Shown: one piece after another, positions 62,621-64,000 of the stretch
Layout: every line of letters begins with the position of its first letter
Position numbering within the stretch: position 1 is the first letter of the stretch
From: Haplodiscus bocki
Lineage: Eukaryota
DNA: 64,000 nucleotides
Direction of reading: 5' to 3'
Assembly (NCBI GenBank): GCA_965655095.1
Contig: OZ296649.1
Location: 145,638,001-145,702,000, forward strand
Made by a program: the position numbers and the translations under genes
The notes under the pieces: generated by a model
What the model was told of the DNA's origin: nothing
What the model saw: only the letters and a program-made list of their open reading frames with translations
Databases searched by the model: none

Positions 62621-64000
62621 CGTCATGACCGCATGAGGGAAAAACTGAGTTTTCCTTATATCCTTAAAACTACGTATATGTTCTTTATGTATGAAGCTAC
62701 TATAGTAAATAAGATCCTAATGCAAGTTTTGTAGCCGAAAAACGCATAAAGGTATAAGTGCAACTATCTTACAATACTCCTCTTCTCACCCTGATATGAA
62801 AGAGTTTATATATTATATAACACACTATGTTGTAAAGAAAACCAAGTATTGCTGACCTTTTTTTATATTAGCAGTTTCATATACACCAAAACCATCAGTG
62901 CAGAGATGACCATGAAACGAGACATATTGGCGGCAGATTCTGACTGAAGCTGAAAGGTGAAAACACATATCAACAACTAACAGACACCACTAAACTCTGG
63001 CCGGAAACTCGCATCATCACAAGTGCACTCTGTAATGCAGAAACTCTACCAATCAGACTGTAAATCAAACAATTGAGCTGAATCTGCACATGTCCGAAAA
63101 TGTTCGTGCTGATTTTTGCCTTCACAATCCATCTTGTAGTTGGAAAACACGGAAGTTCTCGAGAAAGATAGAAAAGAAATTCGCTGGAAATATATAAAAT
63201 ACCAGCAAAACAGATTGTGAGAAGGTAAAGAAAAACATCGGTTTCCATCTGTCTTGGATAAAAAACGGTGAATAACATCTCTCTGAACCATTCTACGGAC
63301 CAGAACCGACTGTTCTGACACGCATGCATACCGGATAAGACGCATCGGTTTCGGTCAGAGGGCATGATTTTACAAAATGTAGACAATTTCCGATGTCTGA
63401 GTATGAGATTGAATCAGTAAAAATTACCACACATTACTGGATACTGAATTCTATAACTACATGTGAAAATGTTAACACAGACAGTTTTAGATGTATGGTG
63501 AAGGTAAAAATTGACAACATCCAATATAGCAGTTCATAAATCTTTTTCCGGCATTCCAGAAGGACACAGATTTTATAAATCACAGCCCACTTCGTAACAA
63601 GCTGATACATCAAAATACCGACATTTTTCGACGTCTGTTTGAATCAATCGATCTCTGCGACAACACATGGACATTTTTCGATGTAAACCTTGAAGTATTG
63701 AAACTATTCCCAACACCTTCATTTGATTATGTGAACTTAAAGCATCAAACACATATCATACATAACCGGTAATTTCAGTAGTCAAACGGGTATGTCCACC
63801 ATCTTTAATTTACGCAAAAGAATGCCAAATAATTTGCCCAGCTTTCATGCGTTTGACACTCTAGCGGTGGATTTGCGTTTCACGCCCAAAATATTCAATT
63901 ATTGACCCCAAATGCGAGGAGCCATTACCAGCTCACCGAAGGAGAAAATTGCGCCCTAAAGTCAAACACGTGACCGCACAAATCTGTCCGGGAACAAAAA
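62621..64000 (+). mobile_element. LTR family 1 copy, truncated by the window end
   Basis: Starts CGTCATGACCGCATGAGGGAAAAACTGAGTT (reverse complement of the 3192 end, with T>C at position 1); shares GCGGTGGATTTGCGTTT and CACGTGACC blocks with the 1375-3192 copy. Confidence 0.8.

Overview
AT-rich eukaryotic DNA, probably from an invertebrate animal, made almost entirely of nested and decayed transposable elements. I found no intact host gene, rRNA, functional tRNA or CRISPR array. Main contents: (1) a decayed CR1/L2-like LINE (APE endonuclease + RT) and a near-identical 7,165-bp tandem duplication (6927-14091 / 14092-21257) joined through a TTGG microhomology; (2) five long (1.75-1.96 kb) solo-LTR-like elements of two families with TGT...ACA ends and 5-bp target-site duplications (TSDs); each complete copy has a gag-like ORF (about 110-140 codons where the start is traceable) that starts inside the LTR and runs off its 3' end, and two copies of one family sit in the same palindromic site CATACTATAGTATG; (3) an internally deleted Gypsy relic (40.7-45.2 kb) whose RT region is replaced by an inverted copy of downstream sequence; (4) Helitron/Helentron-like non-autonomous elements carrying ~120-bp satellite arrays behind a tRNA-like segment; (5) three dispersed, ancient ~177-bp tandem arrays whose units translate to a recurring ~59-aa pattern; (6) several MITE-like DNA transposons with arrays of short palindromic subterminal motifs, plus Tc1-like and possibly EnSpm-like transposase relics. 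All alignments were made by eye, so boundaries without a TSD are approximate. Most ORFs in the supplied track are fragments of these elements or chance frames.
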